Below are positions 9,106 to 18,639 of a stretch of 64,000 nucleotides of DNA, piece after piece. The stretch's first letter is position 1, and each line of letters begins with the position of its first letter. The stretch comes from an uncultured Bdellovibrio sp. (lineage in GTDB: Bacteria > Bdellovibrionota > Bdellovibrionia > Bdellovibrionales > Bdellovibrionaceae), in assembly GCA_963932905.1 (NCBI GenBank), contig CAWVRN010000022.1, positions 1 to 64,000 of the forward strand, given 5' to 3'. Position numbers and translations under genes: made by a program. Below the pieces are notes generated by a model. That model searched no databases, was not told the origin of the DNA, and saw only the letters and a list, made by a program, of their open reading frames with translations.

Positions 9106-9315
9106 ATGGTCAGTGTCATCATACCAGCGTTAAACGAAGAAAAAAGAATTGCCGATATTGTTAAGTTTTGCCTTTCTTCGAGTCTTATCTCAGAGGTCAT
9201 TGTTATAGATGATGGATCGACAGATAACACCTTTGAGCTTGCAAAGACAGCGGGAGCTAAAGTTTCTTTTAGCTCTATGCTCGGAAAAGGAACTTCGATG
9301 GAAGCCCCGACTTGA
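9106..9315 (+). pseudogene. Truncated family 2 glycosyltransferase
   Basis: VSVIIPALNEE...VIDDGSTD.T...GKG then ends at 69 aa where an IS-like end begins (9299). Confidence 0.85.
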
Positions 9316-9886
9316 AGTTGGACGAAAAACACCGGTATACCGGGAACATGGTCTAAGTATGGACATCGGCTTGAATGTGGACCTTGAACCGCTTTTTTCT
9401 AAAATGATATTCTATTTACTTGCACGACCTTTGTAGCAGTGTCAGTTCAATTAGATTAATAGCTATAGGTTGAGTTGAGTTAGGTACTTGAAATCGGCAT
9501 TTAATTAACAAAGCTCGAATTAATTTCTGAGTCCTTACGATGATTAAGCTCAAGACTGTGTGAAAGGATTTTTTATAAAATTCCATTTTCACCTGAACTA
9601 AATTGTGCGTGAACTTCAGATTTCGTTGCTGCAATGAGTGCTAGGTTCACTTTTTTCATTACCCCACACCAAAACCTATGGCCGATGTTCAACCCATACA
9701 GAAGGGCAACTTAGCGCGTTTCTATAAGCAACAGAAATTTCAATCGTCTTGAACTTTCATGCTTCATACTGAGAGAGCGGCCTGCTTTTATTCAAACAGA
9801 GAAAGTCCATCTTGAAAGCGGTGAATTTTGACCACCCGTGACCGGCATACCGGTGAAAACCGTCCACTTTGAAGCCGGCGCTTCCA
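9299..9886. mobile_element. 588-bp non-autonomous IS remnant (IS21-like ends)
   Basis: TG...CA termini with 45-bp imperfect inverted repeats (34/45 matches by hand); extra internal copy of the end motif near 9819-9836; no transposase ORF. Confidence 0.65.
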
Positions 9887-9889
9887 CGC

Positions 9890-9909
9890 ATGATGTGCCA
9901 GCACACCAT
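9890..9909. promoter_or_regulatory. Operator copy 1 (ATGATGTG-CCAG-CACACCAT) upstream of Crp/Fnr gene
   Basis: 19/20 identical to the palindrome at 10638. Confidence 0.7.
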
Positions 9910-9981
9910 TTTTAGGCTAATTCTTTAAATCACTGTGCGTTAGTTGCTCTTTTTTTCAAATAGGTCTGGTAGGCTTTTGTC

Positions 9982-10626
9982 ATGGAATTCAAAGAGTTAT
10001 GGTCGGACATCGATCCCGAAATACGGTGGTATTTTGAGTCGCAGTCCAAGGCTATACAATATAAACGCGGGGATTATATTTATTCTCAAGGTGAAACGCC
10101 TAAAGGAATCTATTTTGTTAAGTCGGGCTTAGTTGGGCTTACTATGATCAGTTCAAAATCTGGCAAAGAGCATCTTTTGAGATTTTTTCGTCAGGGGCAA
10201 TTTTTTGGACATCGTTCAATGTTTTCAAAAGAAGGCTATCATGGTAATGCTGTGGCCCTGGAGGTAACTAATATTAAATTTGTGCCGAAAGAGGCCGTAC
10301 TTTCAGGTATCGAAAAAAACAAATCCCTTTTAGAAGACGTTGTTTTCGTCCTTTCAAAAGAGCTTAGACGATGTGAAACTCAACACGTTATGATTCTTGA
10401 AAATGAAATCCTAGTTCGAGTTGCACAGTCACTGGTTTATCTTAAAGACTTACATCCCGATCACAATTGGACTCGTCAAGAAATTGCAAACTTCTGTGCG
10501 AGTACGGTTTCAACAGTAATTAAAGCACTAACAGAACTCGAAGAGAGTGGTTTTATTAGTCAAGAGGGCCGATCTATCTCGATTTTAGACAGAAATAATC
10601 TTATTGCGCTGCAAGACCAGACCTAA
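9982..10626 (+). CDS. Crp/Fnr family transcriptional regulator
   Basis: cNMP-binding fold (IY.QGE...GIYFVKSG.V, G.FFG) and C-terminal HTH TRQEIANFCASTVSTVIKAL. Confidence 0.92.
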   Translation: MEFKELWSDIDPEIRWYFESQSKAIQYKRGDYIYSQGETPKGIYFVKSGLVGLTMISSKSGKEHLLRFFRQGQFFGHRSMFSKEGYHGNAVALEVTNIKFVPKEAVLSGIEKNKSLLEDVVFVLSKELRRCETQHVMILENEILVRVAQSLVYLKDLHPDHNWTRQEIANFCASTVSTVIKALTELEESGFISQEGRSISILDRNNLIALQDQT

Positions 10627-10637
10627 TAATTCTAAAA

Positions 10638-10657
10638 ATGATGTGCCAGCACATCAT
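10638..10657. promoter_or_regulatory. Operator copy 2 (palindrome ATGATGTG-CCAG-CACATCAT) upstream of sulfur operon
   Basis: Perfect 8-bp inverted repeat arms, 32 nt before the ATG. Confidence 0.75.
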
Positions 10658-10689
10658 GGTTGCCTTCAACGTTGGGCGATACTTAGTTC

Positions 10690-12123
10690 ATGAGCACGAA
10701 CAAAGTATCTAAAATTACTTGTGAACAAATCTATAACATTTGGACGACTGAGCCAGAACTTATCAGTCTTCTTGATTTAAGATCCAAAGCTGAGTTCGAC
10801 TCGGGCCATATCCCAGGATCAAAACATATTACAATCTCGGATCTTGTCGATGTCTTAAAAAGTATTGAAAAAAAACTAGTCGTGCTTATTGCCAATACTG
10901 AACAAGAACAACAAATAACCCAAACCTGTGAAAATTTCGATAATTTTGCGTTTATGAGTCAATGCCACAGATGGATTGAATTAGACCATCCCCTTTTTGG
11001 TCAGGGGTTTACTCATACATTTAAAAGATTCAATCATATTTTAGAAAAAGGAGAAACTGTGAATAATAATATCATCTTTCATCAACTATTCGAATCTGAA
11101 TCATCAACATATACTTACCTAATCGCAGATAAGAAGACAAAAGAAGCTGCGATTATTGATCCAGTTCTTGAAACTGTCGATCGAGATTTAAAATTGATTG
11201 ATGAATTAGGTTTAAAACTTATCTATGCTCTCGATACTCATATTCACGCCGACCATATAACTGGTGCTGGAGAACTCCGAAAACGCCTAGGAATTAAAAC
11301 AGCAGTTAGTTCAGATGCAGAAGTCGCATGTGTTGATATACCGCTTGAGGACGGACAAGAACTTTTGCTTGGTGATAAAACAATTAAGGTCATTGCGACC
11401 CCAGGCCACACAAACACCTGCTTAACTTATGCTTTTGAAGGACTGATATTTACTGGTGACGCGTTACTAATTAGAAGCTGTGGTCGTACAGATTTCCAAC
11501 AGGGTGACTCAGCAAAACTTTATCACAGTGTTAGAGAAAAGCTGTTTAAGCTTCCTGAGGACACAAAAATATACCCAGGGCACGACTATCGCGGCCATAC
11601 GTCATCGACAGTCGGAATTGAAAAGAAACACAATGCTCGATTGAATGAAAAAATCTCTCTGGATGATTTTAAAAAAATCATGTCAGAGCTTAAATTAGCC
11701 AATCCTAAAAAAATTCATGAAGCTGTTCCAGCAAACTTAGCCTGTGGAAAGCCGAAAGATGCGCGAACTCTTCATCCTCAGGTGGTTGATGGAACACCAG
11801 AGATCACAGTTGAAGATTTGTTAACTCATCTTAGCGATGTGAAAAATAAAAAAATAAGACTTATCGATGTGCGTAGACCAGATGAGTACAACAACGAACT
11901 TGGTCATATCGAAGGAGCAGAGTTGATTACATTAGGAGCTGATCTGACGGCATTCCTAGAAAAAGGTGATCGCTCTGAAGAAATTGTTTTTGTATGTCGT
12001 AGTGGAGGTCGCTCAGGAACGGCCACAGCGGAAAGTATAAAACTTGGATATAAATTTACGATTAATATGGCTGGCGGAATGATTCGGTGGAATGAAAAGA
12101 AGCAGCCCGTGGTGAGACAATAA
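10690..12123 (+). CDS. Rhodanese-persulfide dioxygenase (ETHE1-like MBL)-rhodanese fusion
   Basis: THIHADHITG, TPGHT, FTGD, GRTDFQ, PGHDY; C-terminal rhodanese CRSGGRS; N-terminal rhodanese-like DLRS..EF..GHIPGS. Confidence 0.92.
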   Translation: MSTNKVSKITCEQIYNIWTTEPELISLLDLRSKAEFDSGHIPGSKHITISDLVDVLKSIEKKLVVLIANTEQEQQITQTCENFDNFAFMSQCHRWIELDHPLFGQGFTHTFKRFNHILEKGETVNNNIIFHQLFESESSTYTYLIADKKTKEAAIIDPVLETVDRDLKLIDELGLKLIYALDTHIHADHITGAGELRKRLGIKTAVSSDAEVACVDIPLEDGQELLLGDKTIKVIATPGHTNTCLTYAFEGLIFTGDALLIRSCGRTDFQQGDSAKLYHSVREKLFKLPEDTKIYPGHDYRGHTSSTVGIEKKHNARLNEKISLDDFKKIMSELKLANPKKIHEAVPANLACGKPKDARTLHPQVVDGTPEITVEDLLTHLSDVKNKKIRLIDVRRPDEYNNELGHIEGAELITLGADLTAFLEKGDRSEEIVFVCRSGGRSGTATAESIKLGYKFTINMAGGMIRWNEKKQPVVRQ

Positions 12124-12135
12124 AGGAGAATTTAA

Positions 12136-12558
12136 ATGAGTCAGGATTGGATGAATGCATTATTGGGTGGAGTTTTAATTGGAGTATCGGTTTCGTTGAT
12201 GCTTCTTTGGAACGGACGAGTCACTGGCATAAGTGGGATCGTCAACGGGGCCATGACACCAGTAAAAGGAGACACGCTTTGGAGAGTCTTATTTATTGCG
12301 GGGCTATTTCTTGGTGGATTAGTGATGGGACAATTAAATCCTAAAGTTTTTGAGAATACAATTGCGTCTGATATTTGGACGACAGTGGCTGCGGGGTTAC
12401 TCGTTGGTTTTGGCACTATATTAGGTAGTGGATGCACAAGCGGTCATGGCGTTTGCGGCATAAGCCGGATGTCACCAAGATCTTTAGTTGCAACTGTAGT
12501 TTTTATGGCAGCTGGAATTGCAGCGGTTTTTATCTTCAGAAAGTTAGGAGTTTACTAA
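12136..12558 (+). CDS. YeeE/YedE sulfur transporter family protein
   Basis: GRVTGISGI and GSGCTSGHGVCG motifs. Confidence 0.92.
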   Translation: MSQDWMNALLGGVLIGVSVSLMLLWNGRVTGISGIVNGAMTPVKGDTLWRVLFIAGLFLGGLVMGQLNPKVFENTIASDIWTTVAAGLLVGFGTILGSGCTSGHGVCGISRMSPRSLVATVVFMAAGIAAVFIFRKLGVY

Positions 12559-12986
12559 TGAAAAATTCTATTGCAGCCCTTGTTGTCGGATTTGTTTTTG
12601 CAATCGGTCTTGGTCTTTCTGGAATGACACAGCCTCAAAAGGTGATTGGGTTTTTGGACTTATTTGGCCAATGGGACCCCTCATTAATATTTGTGATGGT
12701 TGGCGCAATTATTGTTCACTTTGTTACATTTAAATTGATTCGAAAAAGAAACTCTCCACTATTCAGTAGCCAGTGGCATGTTCCAACAAAAAAGGAAATC
12801 ACCCCAGCCTTAATGATTGGTGCCTTTATTTTTGGAATTGGATGGGCGCTAGGCGGATTTTGTCCGGGACCTGCTATTACATCTATGGCGAGCTTTGATA
12901 AAACACCTTTCGTTTTTGTCATTAGCATGGTTGTCGGTATGGTGCTATTTCGACATGTCGACAAGAAACTTAAACTTCAAAAGTAG
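12558..12986 (+). CDS. YeeE/YedE sulfur transporter family protein (second half)
   Basis: GLGLSGMT.P.KV.GFLD..G.WDPSL and GFCPGP; ATG 12558 overlaps upstream stop. Confidence 0.9.
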   Translation: MKNSIAALVVGFVFAIGLGLSGMTQPQKVIGFLDLFGQWDPSLIFVMVGAIIVHFVTFKLIRKRNSPLFSSQWHVPTKKEITPALMIGAFIFGIGWALGGFCPGPAITSMASFDKTPFVFVISMVVGMVLFRHVDKKLKLQK

Positions 12987-12992
12987 GAATGT

Positions 12993-13793
12993 ATGGAAAT
13001 CATAGGTTATATTGCTTCGATTTTTATGGGACTTTCTCTGGGAATGATCGGCGGTGGTGGTTCAATTTTAACAGTCCCTATTTTAGTTTATCTGTTTGGG
13101 ACGAATCCGATCACAGCTACGGCGTACTCTTTGTTTATCGTTGGATCAACAGCGCTCGTCGGTGGTATTTCGTATCTTAAAAAGGGAGAAGTCGATCTTA
13201 AGACTGGTTTTATTTTCGCAGTTCCCAGTTTCATCGGGGTTTATTTAACACGAGCCTATGTAGTTCCAGCTCTTCCTGATCCCGTCTTTTCTTTGGGGTC
13301 TTTTGTGTTTTCAAAACCACTTCTTATTATGTTGGTTTTTGCAATTTTGATGGTGGCAGCATCTTTATCAATGATTAAGACCAAAAAAGCAGAGGCAAGT
13401 AAGGCCGAACTAAGCCCAACTGCAAAATTTCTCTTGATTGGTGCAGAAGGTTTTATTGTTGGCGGTGTAACTGGATTCGTTGGAGCTGGTGGTGGTTTCT
13501 TAATTATACCGGCATTAGTTATACTGGTCGGAATGCCCATGAAGATCGCAGTGGGAACATCCTTATTTATTATCGCTGCAAAGTCTTTAATTGGCTTCAC
13601 CGGTGATTTACAACATCACGCTCAGATTGAGTGGTCTCTATTGACGACACTCACGGCGATTGCAGTTTTTGGATTATTTATCGGCATGTATCTTACAAAA
13701 AAAGTTTCAGAAAAAGGTCTTAAAAAAGGATTTGGGTATTTTGTCTTGTTGATGGGTGCCTTTATTTTATTTGATCAACTTAAAAAACTATAA
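12993..13793 (+). CDS. TauE/SafE family sulfite exporter
   Basis: GGGGSILTVP and GAGGGFLIIP repeats, multiple TM helices. Confidence 0.92.
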   Translation: MEIIGYIASIFMGLSLGMIGGGGSILTVPILVYLFGTNPITATAYSLFIVGSTALVGGISYLKKGEVDLKTGFIFAVPSFIGVYLTRAYVVPALPDPVFSLGSFVFSKPLLIMLVFAILMVAASLSMIKTKKAEASKAELSPTAKFLLIGAEGFIVGGVTGFVGAGGGFLIIPALVILVGMPMKIAVGTSLFIIAAKSLIGFTGDLQHHAQIEWSLLTTLTAIAVFGLFIGMYLTKKVSEKGLKKGFGYFVLLMGAFILFDQLKKL

Positions 13794-13808
13794 AAGTCAG
13801 GAGTCAAA

Positions 13809-14102
13809 ATGTCTAAAACAGCTTATAAAGTTCTTATTCTAGGTGGTGGAGCAGGCGGAATTTCTGTAGCTGCAAAACTAAGGCGAGAATTGGATTCAGG
13901 GGAAATTGCGATTATTGATCCCACGGATAAGCATTTCTATCAGCCATTATGGACAGTTGCCGGAACAGGCTTAATGGATAAAACAGAAACAGAAAAAGAT
14001 GAAAGAGACTTAATCCCCAATGGTGTGGATTGGATAAAAGAGTCTGTTCTATCAACAGGTCAAACAAAAATCACACCATCTCCGAAACCTCCTGTGGACT
14101 GA
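13809..14102 (+). pseudogene. sqr: Truncated sulfide:quinone oxidoreductase (N-terminal FAD-binding part)
   Basis: GGGAGG Rossmann motif, H.YQPLWT; similarity ends after ~82 aa. Confidence 0.85.
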
Positions 14103-14336
14103 CATTAAGAGAGAACATTCTCAATCAGAAATGGAATATGAAAACGAAGTTTTAGATCTCTGGCACAAGTTGGCACGTCCATGGCGCTCTGGACCCTGCT
14201 GCCTCCTGACCTCTACTTTTGGCACACTTTCAAAGCCCCGCCAGCAATACCACACCTCAATAAATTCAATTATCGCTGATTTCGCCTTGTACAGATGGGC
14301 AAATGTCATCAATTTTGGATGATGGGATTTTGACAT
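14066..14336. mobile_element. IS debris incl. IS3-family integrase-core fragment
   Basis: Minus-strand AKSAIIEFIEVWY resembles IS3 OrfB C-terminus, cut by another TG-starting end at 14246; truncates sqr. Confidence 0.5.
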
Positions 14337-14477
14337 CTAAAGAATGGGCTCAATTTCTTCAGCCCATTCTGGTATTAGAATTTTTCAAAAAGTAATTGCA
14401 GGCTTTTTATAAAAACGACATGAGATTTCTTAACAGCAGCCACTGACCATTCGGGCATGGCCGGTAGTTCAATGGAT

Positions 14478-16034
14478 CTACCTAACAACCAAAGGCATAT
14501 CGAGAATTTGGCTCTTAGGAATCAAATAAACCCCGTGACGGACGCATGCGGCTTGAACTTCGCTATTATCAAAATGGCCCGTAACCAAGCATCTAGTCGC
14601 GGTTGGTGGCGCTTTTTGAAGCCAGTCGAGACCGGTGTCATCCGCTCCCAAATCAAAGTCAAAAAGAAAGGTGCATAAGTTTGGTTGGATTTGAATATCT
14701 TGTTGCTCCGAGAGCAGTTCTTGTCCTTGGCTCATGAACTTAGTTCGTTTCAATAGATCGGTGTCGTGAAATTTTAATTTCCACAGCGCTCGGCCTGTTT
14801 CTTTATCGTCTAGAACATAAATTCGTGAATCTGCACTAAGTTTTAGTCTTGGTAAATACCATGCAGCCCTGTCCTTTGTCGGCAGTCGAATCCTAACCGT
14901 GGTTCCAATTCCAAGTACGGATTCCAACTTAACAGAACCGCCCCAAGCCTCAATATTTTCTTTGGCATGAGAAAGGCCAATGCCTGATCCACTAATTTTG
15001 CCATGAGAAAAATTCTTCTCAAAAACATAAGGCACGTTTTTAGGATCAATTCCTTTTCCGTTATCAATTACTGAAATTTCAACTTCACCACCGGCATCCT
15101 TAGCACGAACAACAATTTTTCCCGACAAATCAATCGCTTCAATAGAATTTGTTACTATGTTTCCCAAAATAGCTCGAAGCTCAACTGGGACATGTGACAC
15201 TAATGTTGAGCAAATCATGTCGTCTACTTCATATTGAAAATCAATTGTTTTAGAAACATAAAGTGTAAGTTCTCGCTTTGCTTGCAATAAGGTGCTGTAA
15301 AGATCCGACTCGAATTCTTCTGACAGCTCGCCAATGGGTCTATCGTCAAGCTTTGCAATTAGCTCTTTAATCTGACTGATAGTGAGCTCTAAAAGTTCAC
15401 GATCATTACCGACAGCCTCAGGTAATTTTTTTGGAATTCGCATTAGTGCGGCCAAGGGTGTGCGTAAGTTATGTCGCACTTGTTGAGCCACTTCACTTTT
15501 AGCAAGCTTTTTCTCGATTTCTAAATCTCGGTCAAACTGTTCAATTAACTTTCGCTTTAAAAAGCGCGTTTGTGGTATAGACACTAGATTTAAAATCAGC
15601 CAAATTAGAAATGCGTAAGGAATTAAACGAAACCGTTCAAATTCAAAAACAATTTCATCTGTTGTTCCCGATGAAATAGAGCTCTGAATTGGTACACGAA
15701 TAGAATCCCGGCTAGCTGTTTTCCAAAAACTTTGATCTTTAAAAACTTCTGCTTTAGGCGGAATCACGAACGATCTTCCAGGCTGAGTCGATTTATAGTG
15801 AATCGTAGTGAAGCTTGAGAGCCTGGCTTCTTGTAAAATCAAGGTTGCTTCTCTGAAATCCCCGATTTTAACCATCCTAGATAAGAATCGAGTATTTTCC
15901 TCAGCTACTTTTTGCAAATGAAGCGCGTTGAAGACAACTGAAACTCCGCAAAAAATCAGAAGACATAGCCCCGAAATGATGTACTGCTTGCGTTCGAACG
16001 CTTTAATTTTATGCGCCGGTGTTTTATTATTCAT
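14478..16034 (-). CDS. Membrane sensor histidine kinase with C-terminal receiver-like domain
   Basis: Two TM helices around a small periplasmic domain; H-box RHNLRTPL, N-box NIVTNSIEA, DNGKG, GSGIGL; C-terminal VLDD...FD...VTGH...PK. Confidence 0.92.
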   Translation of the reverse strand: MNNKTPAHKIKAFERKQYIISGLCLLIFCGVSVVFNALHLQKVAEENTRFLSRMVKIGDFREATLILQEARLSSFTTIHYKSTQPGRSFVIPPKAEVFKDQSFWKTASRDSIRVPIQSSISSGTTDEIVFEFERFRLIPYAFLIWLILNLVSIPQTRFLKRKLIEQFDRDLEIEKKLAKSEVAQQVRHNLRTPLAALMRIPKKLPEAVGNDRELLELTISQIKELIAKLDDRPIGELSEEFESDLYSTLLQAKRELTLYVSKTIDFQYEVDDMICSTLVSHVPVELRAILGNIVTNSIEAIDLSGKIVVRAKDAGGEVEISVIDNGKGIDPKNVPYVFEKNFSHGKISGSGIGLSHAKENIEAWGGSVKLESVLGIGTTVRIRLPTKDRAAWYLPRLKLSADSRIYVLDDKETGRALWKLKFHDTDLLKRTKFMSQGQELLSEQQDIQIQPNLCTFLFDFDLGADDTGLDWLQKAPPTATRCLVTGHFDNSEVQAACVRHGVYLIPKSQILDMPLVVR

Positions 16035-16834
16035 TGGCCATCCGCCGTTTCTGCAACAAAACGAGCCGTCTGAATCGGCGCACTTGATAGAATTGAAACT
16101 TGTGAATGATCGACGTGAACTCTTTTTAGCATCGGAATGTCAGTGCGGAAATCGTCTGCGTCAATGTCACAAACAAGCAGGGGTTCAATCTGAGATAAAA
16201 ATTTTGAATCTATATGCCATGGGAGCTCTACATCAGACTTTTTGTTTTCATCGGTAAGCCATGCAAAATTTGGCAGAGCTTCCAATAACGATCGCTGAAT
16301 ACTTTTTTCTAAGGAATTCGACAAAGCAAATCCAAAAGCCGTGGCACCGCCAGAAGTGACCTTCATTGAACACACTAATCCGAATAGTTCTTGAGGCGTT
16401 TGCATTTTATAAAAACTTAATTCGGATTCGGGATTTAGATTTCTAAACTTTTTTGTATCGATGCTTTCAAGAAAAATTTGGTGAAATGGAATTTTTTCTT
16501 TAAGATGTTTTTTAAGATAAAATCGTTCCAAAGCCTCGTGACTGGCATGATCGATGGGATCATATGTGCTACCTATCGCAAATCCAACGGAATCAAATCC
16601 CAAGCTTTTACAAATCAATCGCTCGATTGCCTCGGCAACGGATTTTTCAAGTGCAATTTCACGGCTAGAATCTACGCCTCGACCTTTTGCCTCAGTACCA
16701 TCCCAGGAAAGAGTCGTAGAAAAATCGTGTAACCCAGGAAGGATACGATTAGACCAGCTAAACTCTTTAAATCGAGGATTTAGCTCATGCCGTTTTGAAT
16801 AAAGCCAAGCGGCTAGTGGAGTTTTATTCGCCAT
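16031..16834 (-). CDS. Compact YcaO-family protein
   Basis: GRG......ALEKSVAEAIER, S.GFA......HASHEALER, and GFA......SI.RSLLEA match YcaO ATP/Mg-binding motifs. Confidence 0.7.
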   Translation of the reverse strand: MANKTPLAAWLYSKRHELNPRFKEFSWSNRILPGLHDFSTTLSWDGTEAKGRGVDSSREIALEKSVAEAIERLICKSLGFDSVGFAIGSTYDPIDHASHEALERFYLKKHLKEKIPFHQIFLESIDTKKFRNLNPESELSFYKMQTPQELFGLVCSMKVTSGGATAFGFALSNSLEKSIQRSLLEALPNFAWLTDENKKSDVELPWHIDSKFLSQIEPLLVCDIDADDFRTDIPMLKRVHVDHSQVSILSSAPIQTARFVAETADGQ

Positions 16835-18351
16835 AATTGATTATTCGCATAGAGTTCTGATAGTTCGATCTTCCAAGGTTTTCTAACTAAAGCCGCGTAC
16901 GGTGATGCGATTAGCGGTACAATCGCAGGTTCAGATAATGCTTTATAATGAAGTTCCTTAAGCTTATTAATCCGTACTGCTTTATCATCAGTAGCCATGT
17001 AATCAGCTAGCCACGCCGAACGCTGCGACTTTGAAAGCCCCAAGAGTCCAGCATTTAATGAATACGAAATAAGACTAATGTCTTCCATAAATCCGGTGTC
17101 TCCTGATGCAAGCCACGCATGAGGAATATCTTCTTCATTTTCATATTTCTTAAATTCCGGCGAATTTGTTTCTTGGTAACAATTAGCCATAGGAAGTGCC
17201 GTCTGGATCGGGTTCGCCCATTCTTCAATGGCAGAGCGCCGGATGAGTCCAAGTTTAAAATGCTTTTTCGGAGCAGTCATATCTTGAGTGCTTACTTCGA
17301 CGAGACGTTGCTGCTGCTGAACTGTCAGTCCACCTTCGCCAAGGCTTGGAAAAAACTCAGCTCTTTGCTCATAACCCGGAATATTTTCATAAAGTTTTGC
17401 AAAGACGGCTTTCATCTTTTCGCCAATAAATCGTCTTTCACCAGCAGATAGTTCTTTTTGGCCTCGTTCAGTAAAAACGAGAAAAAGACTTCTGATTTTC
17501 ATTGTTACGTGACTTTCAAAATCTGCATTATTTGCAGCAAAGCGAAGCGCCTCACTCACTTTGGTTGAGTCTACTGTGGTTAAATGATCAATCCGATTTT
17601 CTTTTAGAGCGGTAAGGCTTGAATTCATAACCGAAGTGTCCATGGGCACTAATACGATCTTGTCAGCGATCTCAGAAGACGCAAAATAATGATTCGGATT
17701 CAGCCTAAGTACGATGTTTCCATTTCCATCATCTTCTGACAGCGAATATGGACCACTTGTTTCAGAAAAATTCGTAATTTTTAGTGTTTTTGGATCAACG
17801 CTAGATTTTGGGATTATAGCAAAATCAATCGCTGAAAGCATTGGCAGCAAAAACGATTTTCTTCCCTTGGCTTCAAGGTACACATGCCCGTTGTCCTGTC
17901 GAATGCCAGGGCATGGGTCTTCAACTGATTTTAGCTCGACGCCAGGGCAAACAATATCTTTAAAATTCCCATGTGTATTGCCGGAAAGAATTAAAAGTCT
18001 TTTTAACGAAAAAATGACGTCATCAGCGGTGATAGGAGCACCGGAAATAGTTTTTAGACCCTTTCTGATGGTGAGTCGAAGCTCGTCACCGACCCAATCA
18101 ACCTTTTCAGCAACACCAGGCTCGATGGACCCACTTTTTGAGATTTCAACGAGCGGCGAAAACACATTCTCTAAAAAAATATACTCATAGTCCATACTGA
18201 TGCTGGTCGGCTCATAAGTTGAGGCCTTCAGCTTAGCTGGAAAGGCCACTCGCAATGTTCGATCTTTATTTACATTTTTCATAGAAAGCAGTCCTCCGAC
18301 AACGAGCACAACAGCGGTCAATGTTAGCATTTTGATAGTAATATTCTTCAT
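16813..18351 (-). CDS. ABC-type family 5 (oligopeptide) substrate-binding protein, orphan
   Basis: N-terminal anchor; F.PLV......IEPGVA, G.PITADDVIFSLKR, SGPY, L..NPNHY; no permease or ATPase genes nearby. Confidence 0.85.
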   Translation of the reverse strand: MKNITIKMLTLTAVVLVVGGLLSMKNVNKDRTLRVAFPAKLKASTYEPTSISMDYEYIFLENVFSPLVEISKSGSIEPGVAEKVDWVGDELRLTIRKGLKTISGAPITADDVIFSLKRLLILSGNTHGNFKDIVCPGVELKSVEDPCPGIRQDNGHVYLEAKGRKSFLLPMLSAIDFAIIPKSSVDPKTLKITNFSETSGPYSLSEDDGNGNIVLRLNPNHYFASSEIADKIVLVPMDTSVMNSSLTALKENRIDHLTTVDSTKVSEALRFAANNADFESHVTMKIRSLFLVFTERGQKELSAGERRFIGEKMKAVFAKLYENIPGYEQRAEFFPSLGEGGLTVQQQQRLVEVSTQDMTAPKKHFKLGLIRRSAIEEWANPIQTALPMANCYQETNSPEFKKYENEEDIPHAWLASGDTGFMEDISLISYSLNAGLLGLSKSQRSAWLADYMATDDKAVRINKLKELHYKALSEPAIVPLIASPYAALVRKPWKIELSELYANNQLWRIKLH

Positions 18352-18363
18352 ATAATTCTGACC

Positions 18364-18639
18364 TTAATATGGTCCTCCACCAAGACAAACCGTGTCGGGA
18401 TCTGTTGTGCCACGGTCAATACGGCCTTCAGATTCAAGAACGCTTAGAATATCGTGATCAAATTGCACGCACTGGTTTTGGTTTGCTGTCAGGGTTTTAG
18501 TGCTACCTAAAATCCTAATCGCCCAGGCGATCTGCTGTTTTTGCAGCGGAGTCAACTTCTTGGCCTGATCTACATCAGCTAAAGCCGTGACGTTAATTCC
18601 CACCATCCCTGCGAAAATTGCTAAAATTGTTTTCTTCAT
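18364..18639 (-). CDS. 91-aa secreted peptide, candidate signal/RiPP precursor
   Basis: Sec signal MKKTILAIFAGMVGINVTALA; two Cys; C-terminus TDPDTVCLGGGPY; ATGA-coupled to the regulator. Confidence 0.8.
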   Translation of the reverse strand: MKKTILAIFAGMVGINVTALADVDQAKKLTPLQKQQIAWAIRILGSTKTLTANQNQCVQFDHDILSVLESEGRIDRGTTDPDTVCLGGGPY

